64,000 nt of DNA from Raillietiella orientalis (lineage: Eukaryota): positions 2,604,001-2,668,000 of the forward strand of contig JAYWIR010000031.1 in assembly GCA_036172245.1 (NCBI GenBank). The letters are read 5' to 3'. Position numbers and translations under genes: made by a program. Shown here piece after piece: positions 12,777 to 31,425 of the stretch; within the stretch, counting starts at the first letter, position 1; the number at the start of each line of letters is the position of its first letter. The notes beneath the pieces were generated by a model that worked only from the letters and a program-made list of their open reading frames with translations, was not told where the DNA came from and made no database searches.

Positions 12777-13194
12777 GCACCGTGCGGACTCCCCCCACCC
12801 TCCCCGTGCCTTTCGAGCCGGCGTCGGAGTCGCCCGCAGCGGAACGGGGCATTCAGTCGCTCTCGCCGAAGGCTCGCGGGTCAGTCGAAACCGCAGCCAC
12901 TGGTGCATCGCCCCGTGGAGACGGGAGGAGACGGACAAGGAAGGGCCCGTTCCGGAGGCAACAGCCCTTTCCAGGGAGGGGACGGGAAAGACATCCGACT
13001 GGAAATAACCCTGGCCCCACGCCTCCTGCATAGTCAGCGTCTAGTCACTCGCATCCCGTCTGGCCGCGGGACGCGCCCGGATGCGAGGAAAAACTCGCCG
13101 CCCATCCCGTGTTTCGTGCACCTCCCTCCCCGGGCCAGAGTCCCCAGCATCCCAAGTCTCCTCGGGCCCCTTTCCCCTTCTCCAGCATCAAGCG

Positions 13195-13200
13195 AATAAA
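13195..13200 (+). terminator. Candidate polyadenylation signal of the agrin-like gene
   Basis: First AATAAA downstream of the stop codon at 12776, in otherwise GC-rich sequence, followed by a T/GT-rich stretch (cctgtttgtccctttg). Confidence 0.6.
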
Positions 13201-16200
13201 AAAGCTTCCTGTATTCCGAGTCCTGTTTGTCCCTTTGCACCGTCGCAGAAACCAGAGGAGCGGCGGAAGAGCATAAGACAAGCACGGCTCTGGAGCAGCA
13301 TTCCCCGGCTTACTAGTCTGGAAGCAGCTGGAAGACCTGGGGACGCTCTCCGAGAACGAGGAAGCTGGAAAGGAGGGAGAAGAAGCTTCCTTGTCCGGGG
13401 AACAAGCAAAGGGGAGTGGAAGATGAAACAAGACGCTCCTGGGGAGGGGCGCCAGCCGGTGCCGGTACCAGCAGGAGACGACCACGGGCGCGCGCTTCTC
13501 CTCAGCAGCTGCGGCGCCAGCTCTCACCCCTTGTTGGCGGTGGCTCTGAGAACTGGGCTACTCGTGAGGAAGGAAACGGCTGCTGCTCCCAAGCCTCCCG
13601 CTGCGCGCTCCCTGGAGGTCAGACCTGCCTCGTTGCTCCCCGTCCTCCCTCCCGCTGCTCCTCCTAAACGACAGGGTGGTCGGAGCCACCACCGGGGAGG
13701 ACGGGTTGGACCCCGGTCTGCTCCCTCCTCCTCCTCCTCGTTCTTTGGGTGGTGGTCGGCAGCTCAGGATAGAGGCAACCTTCTCGCGCCGGGGACCAAG
13801 AACGAGGAGTCTGCTTGAGACGAAGAAGACCCAACAGTCTGCCAACACCCACCGCGCTCTGCAGAGCTCCTGAGGTTATCCCTGCGCAGTGCCGCTGCGA
13901 AACCTGGGGGAGCGAAAATATCCTCAGCGGATAACCCAGGAAACCCTGGGATCCTGTGGGTTCGGCTATGAAAGGACCTTCGCGACAGATGTGGGCGGGC
14001 AACGGACCTCCTTCGCGTCCTCTTTGCCGGAACTCGAAGAATGCCCTGCGCTCGAAGTGCCGACGCCGAACGGGACAAGAGAGCCACCTGCGAAGATCAC
14101 AAGACGAAACTGGAAGGCCGAGATGGTGAAATACCGAAAGGTGACCCCTTCCCGTCCTTCTTTCGGGAGCGTCCCTCCCATCTGCCCTTCTCCCCTCAGG
14201 AAACTCGCTCGCCAACCCTCTGGGTGCGGCTCGTGGGCGCCACCGGATGGGGATGGAGGGGGAAAAAAACGATGCCGGTTCCCTCCGGGGTTCCCCTCCA
14301 AAGGGATGAACAGGAGGAAAACTGCATCCCCATGGTCCTTCCTAGGTATTCGTGGGCTGGTCCCTTCGGGTCCTTTTCTTCCAACTGCGTCACATGCACC
14401 CTCGGGAGTCGCGACAGTGCGTCGTCGTCGCAGGGCTGGTTCCGATGCTCCCATAGGATGAAACATTGGTTCTCGAACATCAAGCGGGGCGCAAAAAGAA
14501 GCTGGAAGGAAAAACCCACGGGATTCCGTCAGTCTAGGCAGGAGACCCCCCGAGACCGGTTCGGATGCTTGGGAAGCGTCCAGTCTCTTCGGGAGCGAGT
14601 CAAGGCCCCACGAAGCATCCATATGTGGACCCGGAGGCGACTTCGTTCAGTGCAGAGGGCCGTCGCGGGCGCGGTTCCCTGCCTCCTTCCAGGTCGTCGA
14701 CCGGCCAACAGGGGGCCCGAAACGAGGGCGGTGCCCGCTACCGTACGGTGGCCAGATGGACGTCCTTCCAAGAAGGGTAGACTGCACACCGGACAGCCCC
14801 GAGGTGGACCATCCCCTCTCTCCTGCGGAAGTGCATCGAGATCGATCGGACCTCTCCCGCTTCCGCTCCAGGCCAGGGTTGCTCTCTGGGGACCAGAGCA
14901 GGCATCGAGCTGGCCCTCTCGTCCTGCTCCAGGTCAGCTGGGAGGCGACCCACCGTCCCAACAGCCAGAGAGAAGCCGTCACATGTGCCGCCCACGAGGA
15001 TCCTCGATGCAGCGCGTCTTCTCAGTGCAAGGGCTCTCTCCTCCACCTCATTACGACCTTCGGACACCTGGCTTGGTAGGGAGATCCAGCCATTCCTTCC
15101 ACTCGCCAGTAACGGCGATCCCCCTCTGCGATCCGGAAGCTGTAGCATGGACCTCTGTGTCAGCAAGCTGGGCTCGTCGCAACTCGTAACACTATGTTCT
15201 CACACTATGGCCAGGGGAGCGGGTGGGCGGATGGCATCGAGGCTGTTCCACGGTGAAACCCCTATGGCCATCTTATGAAGGGACATTGGATCACCACAAA
15301 AGGACAACTCCTCCAGCCACAGGACACTTTCTTTTGCAGAGGAAGTTGCAGAGGAAGTGTCTCTCGTTGCCGACCACCAGGGCAACGGCAAACCTGCCGT
15401 CAGAGGGCCTGCACGAACCTGTCGTCTTATGATTGGAGGCGCTCCGAAGCGCTGCCATCCACTGCTGTGGCTCTCCGGTCATCTTCTCCTCGAGCCACGG
15501 CAGCTGAAGAGGAGGCAAGAACGTCACTCCTTCGTCTCCCTTGGAGAAGCGTCCATCGCCAGTCGGAGGAAAATACAGTGGAAATACAGAAGCTGTCTGT
15601 TCGATTCTTCGAGCGGGATTCAGAACGAGGTCGGGGTTCCAAATTCGGCTCCTCTGAATCTGAGCAGGTCAGGCAGGGAAGCAAAAGACGCCGTGCCTCG
15701 TGGGACCGGGACTCACCAGCAAGGCAAATGAATTCTTTCTCCCAGGGGGAAGGGCAACCCTGCGGCAATCAAGGAGTGACTCTCTCCGCCTGAAGACGAG
15801 CACGTGTCTCTTCTTCCTCGAAGCCAGGTTAGCAATGGACTGCTGAAGTAATCCTCACCGTGCATGCCACGGTACGTGTTGGCAGTACCTGAGGGTGTGT
15901 GTGACACAATTCTTCTTCCCCAAAGAGGAGTGAGGACTGATAACACCTCAAATCCAGGAAGGGGAAACTCTCGCTGGATGCCTTCCTCCCCTCCGATCTG
16001 TGTACCCTTTCCCTTGAGTGAGCCTTCCTCTGGCGTGAGAAGGCGGCAATCGATCTCTTCTTTCTCTGCTTGTTGCTCTTGTTTCCCTGTCTCACGAGGA
16101 AGGCGTCTTCGAGTAGCCTGCGGTTCCACTCCTCTTGGAACAGTCGAAACGCACGCCAACTCGTTTGCAGCCGCCGTCCTTCCCCAGGAGGCACCGGGGC

Positions 16201-16716
16201 GGGTGGCGAGCAGCAGAGGCAGGGGTGTCACCCAGACTCCAACGCTTCGAGCAAGAAAAGGGAAAGTCACGTCAGGCGGAGATGTCCTCTCTCCTGATGC
16301 ACACGGATCTCCGAATGACCAGCTCGTGAGAAACGGCGGTACCCGGAGAGGAGTTCAAGGACATTATCTTCTTCTGTCGAGAGCACCCAGCACAGTCCCT
16401 TGAGGGCACCATCCGCGCTCACGGTGTTCCCCGGTCACGGGTGGCGCTTGCAGAGCATCTGGTGCGATGCGTAGGCCGTATAGAGGTCGACTGGAAGGTC
16501 GTCTGAGAGCTGAGAATTCCTGGGCGCCACGCTCGGAAAGGGGGACCGGGGTTCGGAAGGGGCATCTGACGCGATGATCGCTGCAGCGTCCGCCACCGAC
16601 CACCGCAGCTTCCCACGCAGAAGAGCAAGAATGCCCGCGAAGTTCCTCAAAGAGCCTCTCTATGTGGACACCGCCCTGACGTGCCCTGGAAATGCAGCAG
16701 TGCCTCTTCTTTGTTC

Positions 16717-17647
16717 GGGTTCGGTTCAAAGCACCAAGGAATCTCACAAAACAAATACACGTGTTTGTTAATATGCATATTTATATGTAGGTTAATATAG
16801 AGATTATTATATATTGTAAGGATCAAGAAAAATACACACATATATTCGCATATACATTTATACGTAGATTAATACGTAAATGTATTTTAACATACGTATT
16901 TATCAACATTTATTAAGATACAAACAATTGATATAAATAATAAGGTGCATTAACATATTATTAACATATATATTGAAGATTACGAAAAATAGATATATAT
17001 GTGCTTTTCATGTATTATATATATATAATAAATGTATATTAAGTAAATATATAAATATCGAACTATAAAAAATGAAAAATAGCGGTAGCAATTAAAAATA
17101 GTGGAAAAAATAAAAATAAAAAGGGAATTTTGTATTTCATTTTCCCATCATTCTAAATAACACTCAAGAAATGCAGCTCGGTAAACGGTGAACTGCATTT
17201 CCGGGAATTTGATCGTTTGATGAATGCATATGTTTAGAATTCGATATCTACATATTCCTGAAACACATATTTACTGCATGTATGCTAATGCATACTATTA
17301 ATTATATCAATAGATGTGTATGCTACAATAAAATTTTATAGTAATCTATCTACATATCAATGTGCACAATGTTTATTTTTATAATCTTCATAACGTATAT
17401 ATAATGAACATATAAACATTATAATCATATATCTGTATATAATAAACATATTATTAATTATATTAGCACACATCATAAACATATGTATTTATTCCTTAAT
17501 CACTTTTATAATGTATAATTTTTATAATGTGTGAACAAATGTCAACCACCCTCTCCAGTAATCTGCATATTAGCATAATATACATATTAGCACATATACA
17601 ATAAATACATGTCTTTCTTTCTTATGATCTTCCGGGATTTTTGATCG
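16717..17647. repeat. AT-rich island C (composite member of the same family)
   Basis: AT-rich from about 16750 to 17625. Right motif TGTCTTTCTTTCTTATGATCTTCCGGGATTTTTGATCG (17610-17647), internal partial motif CCGGGAATTTGATCG (17201-17215), left partial inverted motif at 16818-16840. Interior is homologous to island B. Confidence 0.7.
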
Positions 17648-20600
17648 GCATCTGTTTCTTCAGAGGTCGTGCGGGGCAAGCCGCTTGCTGCTGCTGCCTG
17701 ATCTGGGCAGCAGGCTGAAAAGGCAGCTGGCTAAGATGAAAGCGGGGGGGGGAGGGAGGGAAGAAAAACTTTTCTCTATTGGAAGACAGTCGACTCTGTG
17801 CGTGCTGGCGGGCCGTGGTCGATGCGTCCAAGGAACTGGATGTGAGATCGAGGAACAGGAAGAGTCCTGCTTCCTGAGCTCCCTGGCGGACAGCAGTAAT
17901 GGCGAAAAGTGCAGCAACAAAACAAACGGAATTCGGGTTGATCTGCAGCAAGAGTAAGAGAACGACGGAGTAGGATATGCGCTGGCGCAGCTCGGTCGGG
18001 ATTCGACGCGATTCCGCGTTCCTACGCAACCACTCTTGCTGGCGAGGGTACAACCTACGTTCCTCTGAGCCCGTCCAAGACGTGAGCTGAAGTGTGGAAC
18101 GACGTCCCGAGGCGGTGCTGGTGTCCGCAAAGTCAGCGATCGAACCAGCTTGGACCGGGATGCAGAATTCGGGCACGAGCAAGGCTACAGAAACAACGAA
18201 CGAACGATTTGGTTTTTCCAGGCTGCTTTCCAGGGTCCACAGCAGAATCCAGTGTTTTCCAGAGTCAGTATCACGGTTCTCTCCGCCTTACGGCGGATGC
18301 CTGATGGTCTTTCCAGGAAGGCAACTGACCCGCGCCCCAGCAAAAGTGCTTCTCTCGTCACAATCGGAGCAGGGCTATGTGTGCGAGAAGAAGGAGATGG
18401 GTAATAAAGAGAAGAACCGTAAGAATTCACCGGATCTGGACGTACGTATGAACAAACGTCAACCAGCTCTCCAGTATCGAACGACCGCATCGCCGTCACG
18501 GACTTGCATGTCGTTTTCGTCTTCTTTCCTCCTTTCTGGAAAGTTCCTGCGAATACTCAAGGATGAAAACCATCATTCAGATGGGAACACAAGGTCCGTT
18601 GAGGTCCGTTGCGCTCTGGGTAGCTTCGAGGGCCAGCCAGAGCTTTCTGGGACAGAGAGTCACCATCAAAAATCGTGGCACCCTCCCAATAAGGCCTATT
18701 TGATGTTCACTGAGCCCACTCGATTAAGACGTCCTTGATGGAGTCGGAAGCAGATGGAAGCTGTGTATAGGCATTCGCTGTCTCATCATGCGGCGGCCCC
18801 TGCTAAAAGGTTGGCTCGCTCGCTTCAAATTCGAACTGTTCTCTCAGCACGCCAAACACCGTGGAGCTCTTGAGGACCGCTACAAAGAAAAGAAAAACAA
18901 AACCAAATCGCCACCCTCGAGCAGCTCCACAAACGAGTAACCAGCGTTTCCGTGGGCCCGTTCCGAACGTCCTTTTCCTTGCTTCCGTCCCTCTCTCTGC
19001 TGGAATTCTGCTGCGACAGTCTTCCTGAGAAAATATTTCACTGCACCGATGAGACTTGGCTGAGGCTTGGCTCCAAGTTTTAGAGTTCCGTTCAAACGCA
19101 TAGACTTCGTCCAACCGTATTTAGAAAGAAACTGGAACCGAAAAGCCCATGGCCGAGGTTTCTCCACAAAGAGATGTGTGGTGTTGTTGCCGACAACACC
19201 CCTTCATGGTCACTTGAATCGAGGCACTTGCGAAAGACAAAGCAAGGTTGTAACAAACAGTTCAGGTCATCAGAATCGCTAGCTTGTTTCGCAAAGAGGC
19301 TTATCCTGCGGTGATGCGATTCCTAATGCCGTCCTAAGCTTTTCCACCCACGACAGCTACCCTCTTGATCGCTTTTCGAAGGACGCTTGTAAGAATTATC
19401 ATCCGAATACAAGAGCACAGTCGCCTGCGTCGACAAATGCAGCATTCTTGCATTGCTTCTCTGGCAATAAAAGACAATGACAGTGATTCATGTGTACCTT
19501 AGTGCTGATGTTGATATTCTAATGCGTTGCTGAAATACGTGAAGGGATTTATTTTGCAACAAAACGGCCCCATTTTCACCCTGGAGGCGATACACATGGA
19601 TTGCATGTAGATTTCCAAATGGGGAATGTGCTCAACAGCTTGCCGCTCGTGTTTCCTTTAGCTCTCCGTGCAGCCAATGAATCCTACCAAACCGTCACCG
19701 GTTTCTCTTGAAGAGTTGGAAGATGCAGGCTCGTTTTCTTTTCTTTTCTTTTTTTTCTTCTTCTTCTTCTTCTTCTTCCAAGAGAACCATTTTCCGAGAC
19801 TTATGACGCCATTGTCGATCTCTCTTCCGCCGTTCTTGTTCTCATTTGCATCCATTTCATACTCTTCTTGTAAGCCGATAGCTGTTCGGTATCCTCTCTT
19901 CATTTCCATTAGCAGAGGCGCCGTGGAATTCCAGGCCGCCATTCTTACTGCTGGTCATTGCGGATGAAGTCTTCGCGTTTTAGCAGAGCGAGCAGCAGCG
20001 AAGCAGAATTCAGAAGCAGTTGCAGGCGCAGCATGCATCCAACAGCAGACACGCGGTTTTCCTATATGATTAACTGACTGAAGGGCAGTTGATTTTTGCA
20101 TGTCATTTTGCTTTAGCGCAGTTGTGCCAATCAGGCACCAATGCGGCTCACCTGTTAACGGCGGGTGCAAGCTGTTTTGCAAAGGGGTAGAATTGTGATT
20201 GAAAAGAAATCGTAAAAGTCGCGCTTCACGTTCTTTACGTTCCACCTTTTTTGCGGTGTGTTTTTCCTTCAGCTTGTTACAGGTAAGCGGAAAAGAGATT
20301 ACGGAGAGCGGGCGTCGCTCCTGCCTACGTGCCTAGAGTGGGTGCACATGACGATCCCCCCCCCCCCCCCATCTCTCTCTCGAAAGCTCTTCAGCGAAAT
20401 GAGCAAAGCACACACACACACACGGCTCATCCTGTGGGTTTCAACTCCTTCATCCTCCATTTTACCTCACAGGGAAGCCATGGTGACCTGCGCAGAAATC
20501 AGCGAAACCCTCAACAGGGAAAGCTCCAGATGCAATAAACATGATTCGCTTCACAAGAGTGAAATAAGTAAGAATAACGATGCAAAAAAATCGGGCACCA

Positions 20601-23116
20601 TAGGTCCGGAATTCCAATGGCATTTTTTTTTCCTGATAAGGGGACGGTTTACAAAAGCGCTATTACATTCCTTAATGTCATTTGTTAGGGAGACGCCCTT
20701 TGAGCAGGCAGCGTACTTTTCTAGCCTGTGATTTCACACGTCGCCTGCCTTAAGAACCGGGTAAACCCCACGTGGAGAAAAGCAGTTGTTATTGGTCACT
20801 GGAGATCAGACGGTGGATTACGCATTGGGCTCAGCGTTCTCGCCTTTCAAAAAGTTCTACGGTTCTTTACGGTTAGCACGCGCCGTCCCTTCGTTTGAAC
20901 GCGTGACCTATGCAGCCAATTGACCGAAATTGCATGAAAGGCTGCCGATAACATCTGAGGTTGCAGCGTCCGTTTCCGTGCCGCGCTGCGGGGCTGTGCA
21001 AGGGAGCGCGGTGGCTGAAGCCTTCGGGATCCACTTGCCCCGAAACGGGATGACCGGGAGCACGGACGACTACTTACGAACGCTGTTTCCATGCTACACC
21101 CTATTTTAAAATGGGGCCACGTTTCCTTTCGATGTCCGCGCCTAAAACGCTTGTTGCCACTGATTTCTTTTGCGACTCGAAACATCTGATCTGCATGGGA
21201 GAAACCTACGGTCCCCAATTTCACTTTTTACTGCATTAGTTTTGCTTCGCATGGGATGTTGGAATGCTCGACGAGATGACGGGAAGCTTGGGAACCGCGC
21301 CCCTCTTTCCTGACTGGTTCGTGAGGAAGGACCGCTTGGTAAGAAACAGAAACTCCAAATCGCTGATAACATATGACTCATCTGTAAGGGCAGGCTGTCG
21401 TCGGTGCAACGAAGGGTGTTGCTTGTGACGCACCTCTTTTCGACGAAGAACTGCACGAACTGCAACTCTTACAACGTGCAGCCGCTGACGTATGACGCAG
21501 CCCTTCCTTCTTGTGAAATCATCTTTACTTACGACACGAGAAAACAAAGGGCCCTCACATGGGAGGCAAAATTGAATGCGGTATGACGAAAGCAAGACGC
21601 CGATGCGAAATGTCAGGATTTGGCTGCTGCTCTTTTGTGTCAGGGTGTGTTCGCCCATCTCCAGGGCCATTCGTGTCCTACTATGCGATCGGAGAGTAGG
21701 TGCACCTTACGATTCTCGTTCATATGATGGATTGATGTTGTTGTTGTTGTTGCATGTCAGAACTGCTTGGTGAGTTTCCTTTATACGTTCGTTCATGTTT
21801 AAAAACAAAAAAAAGAAAAAAAAAAGAAGAAGAAGCACATATCGTACAATAGAGTTGGGACTTCGGTTGAATCAGGTGCAGCAAAGCACAGCAGCACAAT
21901 CTCGTGTTGATTTGTGCGTTTCTTCTGAAGATGGGTCTCAGCAGAAAGGCGAGACCACTTGTCGATTATCCCCGAGCCAGCACGAAGGTATTTCACCAAA
22001 AGAGAAAGATGGAGGAAACTAAGTATCGATTGCGATTCGGGTTCTGGACATCTGCATCTGCGCACGCTGCGCCTGGGGTTAAAAAACGGTGTGAAATGGG
22101 ATGCCGAGCCGGAAGCAAATCCTCCGGATCGCGCCATCCAATCCTCAAGATCCAAAGATCCAGCTGGAAGAAAAAAGGAAATGCCCACGTCGGCTCTGGG
22201 CGTGAGAAAAATTCAAAGACCCCTCGATTCCTGCCGAATCCCAGGTTTTTAACCGCTAGTGGTCAACATTCGCTGTGCACAAGATGAACCACAATTTTTC
22301 CAACTGCTTCGATGCACGCAGACGAGGCAGTTGGCGCGGTCGGAATATCGGTTTCATATTTGCATTCATTTTGTTAGTGGGAACAAAGTCCGCAAACTTC
22401 GTGCTCTGGAAATGAAAAAAAAGTGTCGCCAAGTGAAGCTGCACAATTGCCACCTTCCGATCGGATAAACTGCAAAACGGGTCCAGCAAAGCGAGACGAG
22501 AGTTTTCCCGAACCTTCTCGTGTGTCGAGTCTTGACAAATGCACAGCTAAATTAAATCTTTGCAACGCTCCACGATCTTTGAAGTGTGAATCTGTGCGAG
22601 GAACGCTCCATTCGCACATTCTGCGAAATTATTTAGAGCCACGATAAATTTTCTCCTCGAAGCCCTTCACTGAGTTTGCAATATCTGGAATGCTGGAATT
22701 GATTCCCCTTCCCTTCAAAACAGCTTCCGTAGAGATTTTTCCTTTTTTACGCAAACAGGAAGCAAAGTAAAAGTAAAAGAGAGATGAAATGATGTATGTG
22801 CACAGGAACTTTCAAGGCAATTTTGTGCTTTTAACAAACACAGGGACACGGAACTTAATCTGGGATTAACTATGAAAAATGCTACACACACAAGTCAGCG
22901 TCCACCAGCCCGACTTAAACGAATGGGAAGAAGTCGTTAGCAGAAGGTGCCCACCCGCTTGTACACACACGGGACAGCGATGACGTAACGCCACACTCGA
23001 AATGACCAAAGCACTGATATGCTGGGAATTAAACTAGTAATTTTATTTATACCTCTTAGAATTACATATAAAACTTTAGCCAATAAATATTTCATGGGCA
23101 TGGGAAACACAGGATG

Positions 23117-23118
<2 letters not shown>

Positions 23119-23148
<30 letters not shown>
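23119..23148. repeat. (AC)15 microsatellite
   Basis: Read directly; lies in or near the presumed Imp 3' UTR. Confidence 0.95.
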
Positions 23149-23154
<6 letters not shown>

Positions 23155-24381
23155 AATTGCAAGTCAAACGAGGAAAACAAAGTGCGTTTATCCTGCACAC
23201 AACATTACGTTGCTTCAAAAAAAAAAATAAAACGAAATGAGATAAATAAAATAGCATTCTTTTTGGAGGAATGAAACACAAGGCTGAGTTGGTGTCTACC
23301 GGCACATTAATATGCAAATGCTCAAAGGAAAGAAAAGGAACAAAGGAAAAAAGAGAAGAAGAAGAAGAAGGAGGAAAAAAAAAAAAAAAAACTCGAATAC
23401 TTGGCAGAAATCAATTCAGACGGCGACTTCCTCACGACATTAATGATTTTAAGAGTTGTAGGCAATGAGTACAGGTACACATTTCGAACTGGGGGTGAGT
23501 CACAATGAAGTCAGTACACACAAGAAATAAATTCTCTCCGATGTTCGAGACATCGTAAAAATGACTATCCCATGCTTGATGAAACTGGACAACGCTTACA
23601 TTCGTCTGAACTGTTTTAATTCTCAATCAGATAAGGTGATAAGCTGGGATGGCACAATTCATGTTAACATAAAAAATATTTTCTTCAATCAACAAATACA
23701 AACAAGTAACAAACAGGAGGATTTTAAACACAGTTCCTTATTGTGTTTGTTGTTGTTCTCTTCGCCTTCATCATTACAGCATTACTTTTCCATGTTAAAA
23801 AGACTGGTTGAAAATTCCTGAGCGTGTTCAATTCGAAAAACGTGCTATGCACTCAAGTGCGGAAGGATGAATCCAAAAAAGAAAGACTAATTAATGAAAT
23901 GATGAAAAAACTTTAGTGGGCACACAACATGAAGGTATGAATACATTGTAAGCAAGTAGTGAAAAAATTCAATGGCAATGAGTAGTGACAAGCATGTTTC
24001 AAGACAATGAACTTGGACCGAATCCTTATGGGTTACCAATCTTGAGACACGTCCGGTTTCTGAATGTCGCTGAACACAAAATGAAAAATGCAATATATAC
24101 GAAACAACTGTTTCCAATAGATGGCAATGCACTATGGAGTATATCAATTTGTACATACGAGGACCCATCACGAACCAGTTGGGATCACGTCGAAACCTAT
24201 GCATTTTGACGCATACTCACAACGTTCGCAAATACATATGGTACAACACATTCAGAAAGTTGTTAATTCCATGGCAAACTACAGTCTTGAACGTCCCAAC
24301 CACATGGAGGGCAATGCACAAATTTTTTCAGAACAAACTTGTAAGAGACAATTACAAGTTGTGAGATGAACAAACGTGTGG

Positions 24382-30517
<6,136 letters not shown>

Positions 30518-31280
30518 ATTCCTAGATTGAAAATTTTCTTGGAAAAATTCATAGGTGTTTATCCTTGTAATTTTAAACTGCTGGGATCTTGAAATCAAAT
30601 GCACTGAAAGTTCTCCTTGTCCACATAACGAAGAACATTAACAATGGAGCAAAAAGAATCATGATTCGTTACACTTGTCACATGTCTCTTATTCTTTAGA
30701 TTGTTGCCTGGAAAAACATCAAACATTTAGCAGCACGGTTTTAATAAATCGGAAAGAACATAAACAAGCAAATGCTGAAAACGAGAAAATCGAAATACAA
30801 TGAAATTACGTATCACAATGTATACGGGCAATAAAACGGATTCGTGTGATCTCAAATGCCCATTTTTCGTATATTCTGAGTACTTGACGTCGAATGCATT
30901 TACGATGCACACACAGGGTAATGAGGCGGTTTTTAAGAACCTGAAGCAGAAAAAAAAAAAAAAATATTCTGGAGGAACCCTTTCCGAGCAAGGAAAAAAA
31001 AAATAGAAACGGGCATGTTATTGATCAAATTGTTATTTCTTCTTCTTCTTCAAATAATGACTGAAAAATTTCACACAAAAAATTAAAATGCTTTTAGATA
31101 TAGTTTTCATCATTATACACAAAGGGAAACCTAATATTTTTTTCGTGAAAAATGCAATATTTTTCTGAAGGAAACAAATAAGACGATTCTCACATTTTAC
31201 AAAATTCAGAATGAATACTTCATTCTTAAATATGCATCCATTTCAAATAAACTTTTAAAAATTAATGCTCAAGGAATTAC

Positions 31281-31286
31281 TTTATT
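31281..31286 (-). terminator. Candidate polyadenylation signal of TMEM177
   Basis: TTTATT on + (AATAAA on -) about 140 nt downstream of the TMEM177 stop codon. Confidence 0.45.
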
Positions 31287-31425
31287 TTACTTCCAAGTAT
31301 GAATTCAGTGCCAGCATAAAAATCTTAAATGCAAGAGTTGAATAAATCAACTCAGTACACTGAACAGGAAACAATTTAAAGTTTCCAAAAAGTAAATCAT
31401 GCTAGCTGATAAGAAATGATTCGAT

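Noticed and set aside
261..22700. Dozens of long overlapping ORFs on both strands (e.g. 4667-5740, 14041-15189, 2833-3678)
   Set aside because: Arg/Pro/Ser/Gly-rich translations with no domain motifs, as expected from stop-codon scarcity in GC-rich DNA. Only the parts overlapping agrin exons are supported.
19000..24381. let-7 seed site in the Imp 3' UTR (a known Imp regulator)
   Set aside because: No GAGGTAG on + (CTACCTC on the mRNA strand) found by eye; the UTR end is also undefined.
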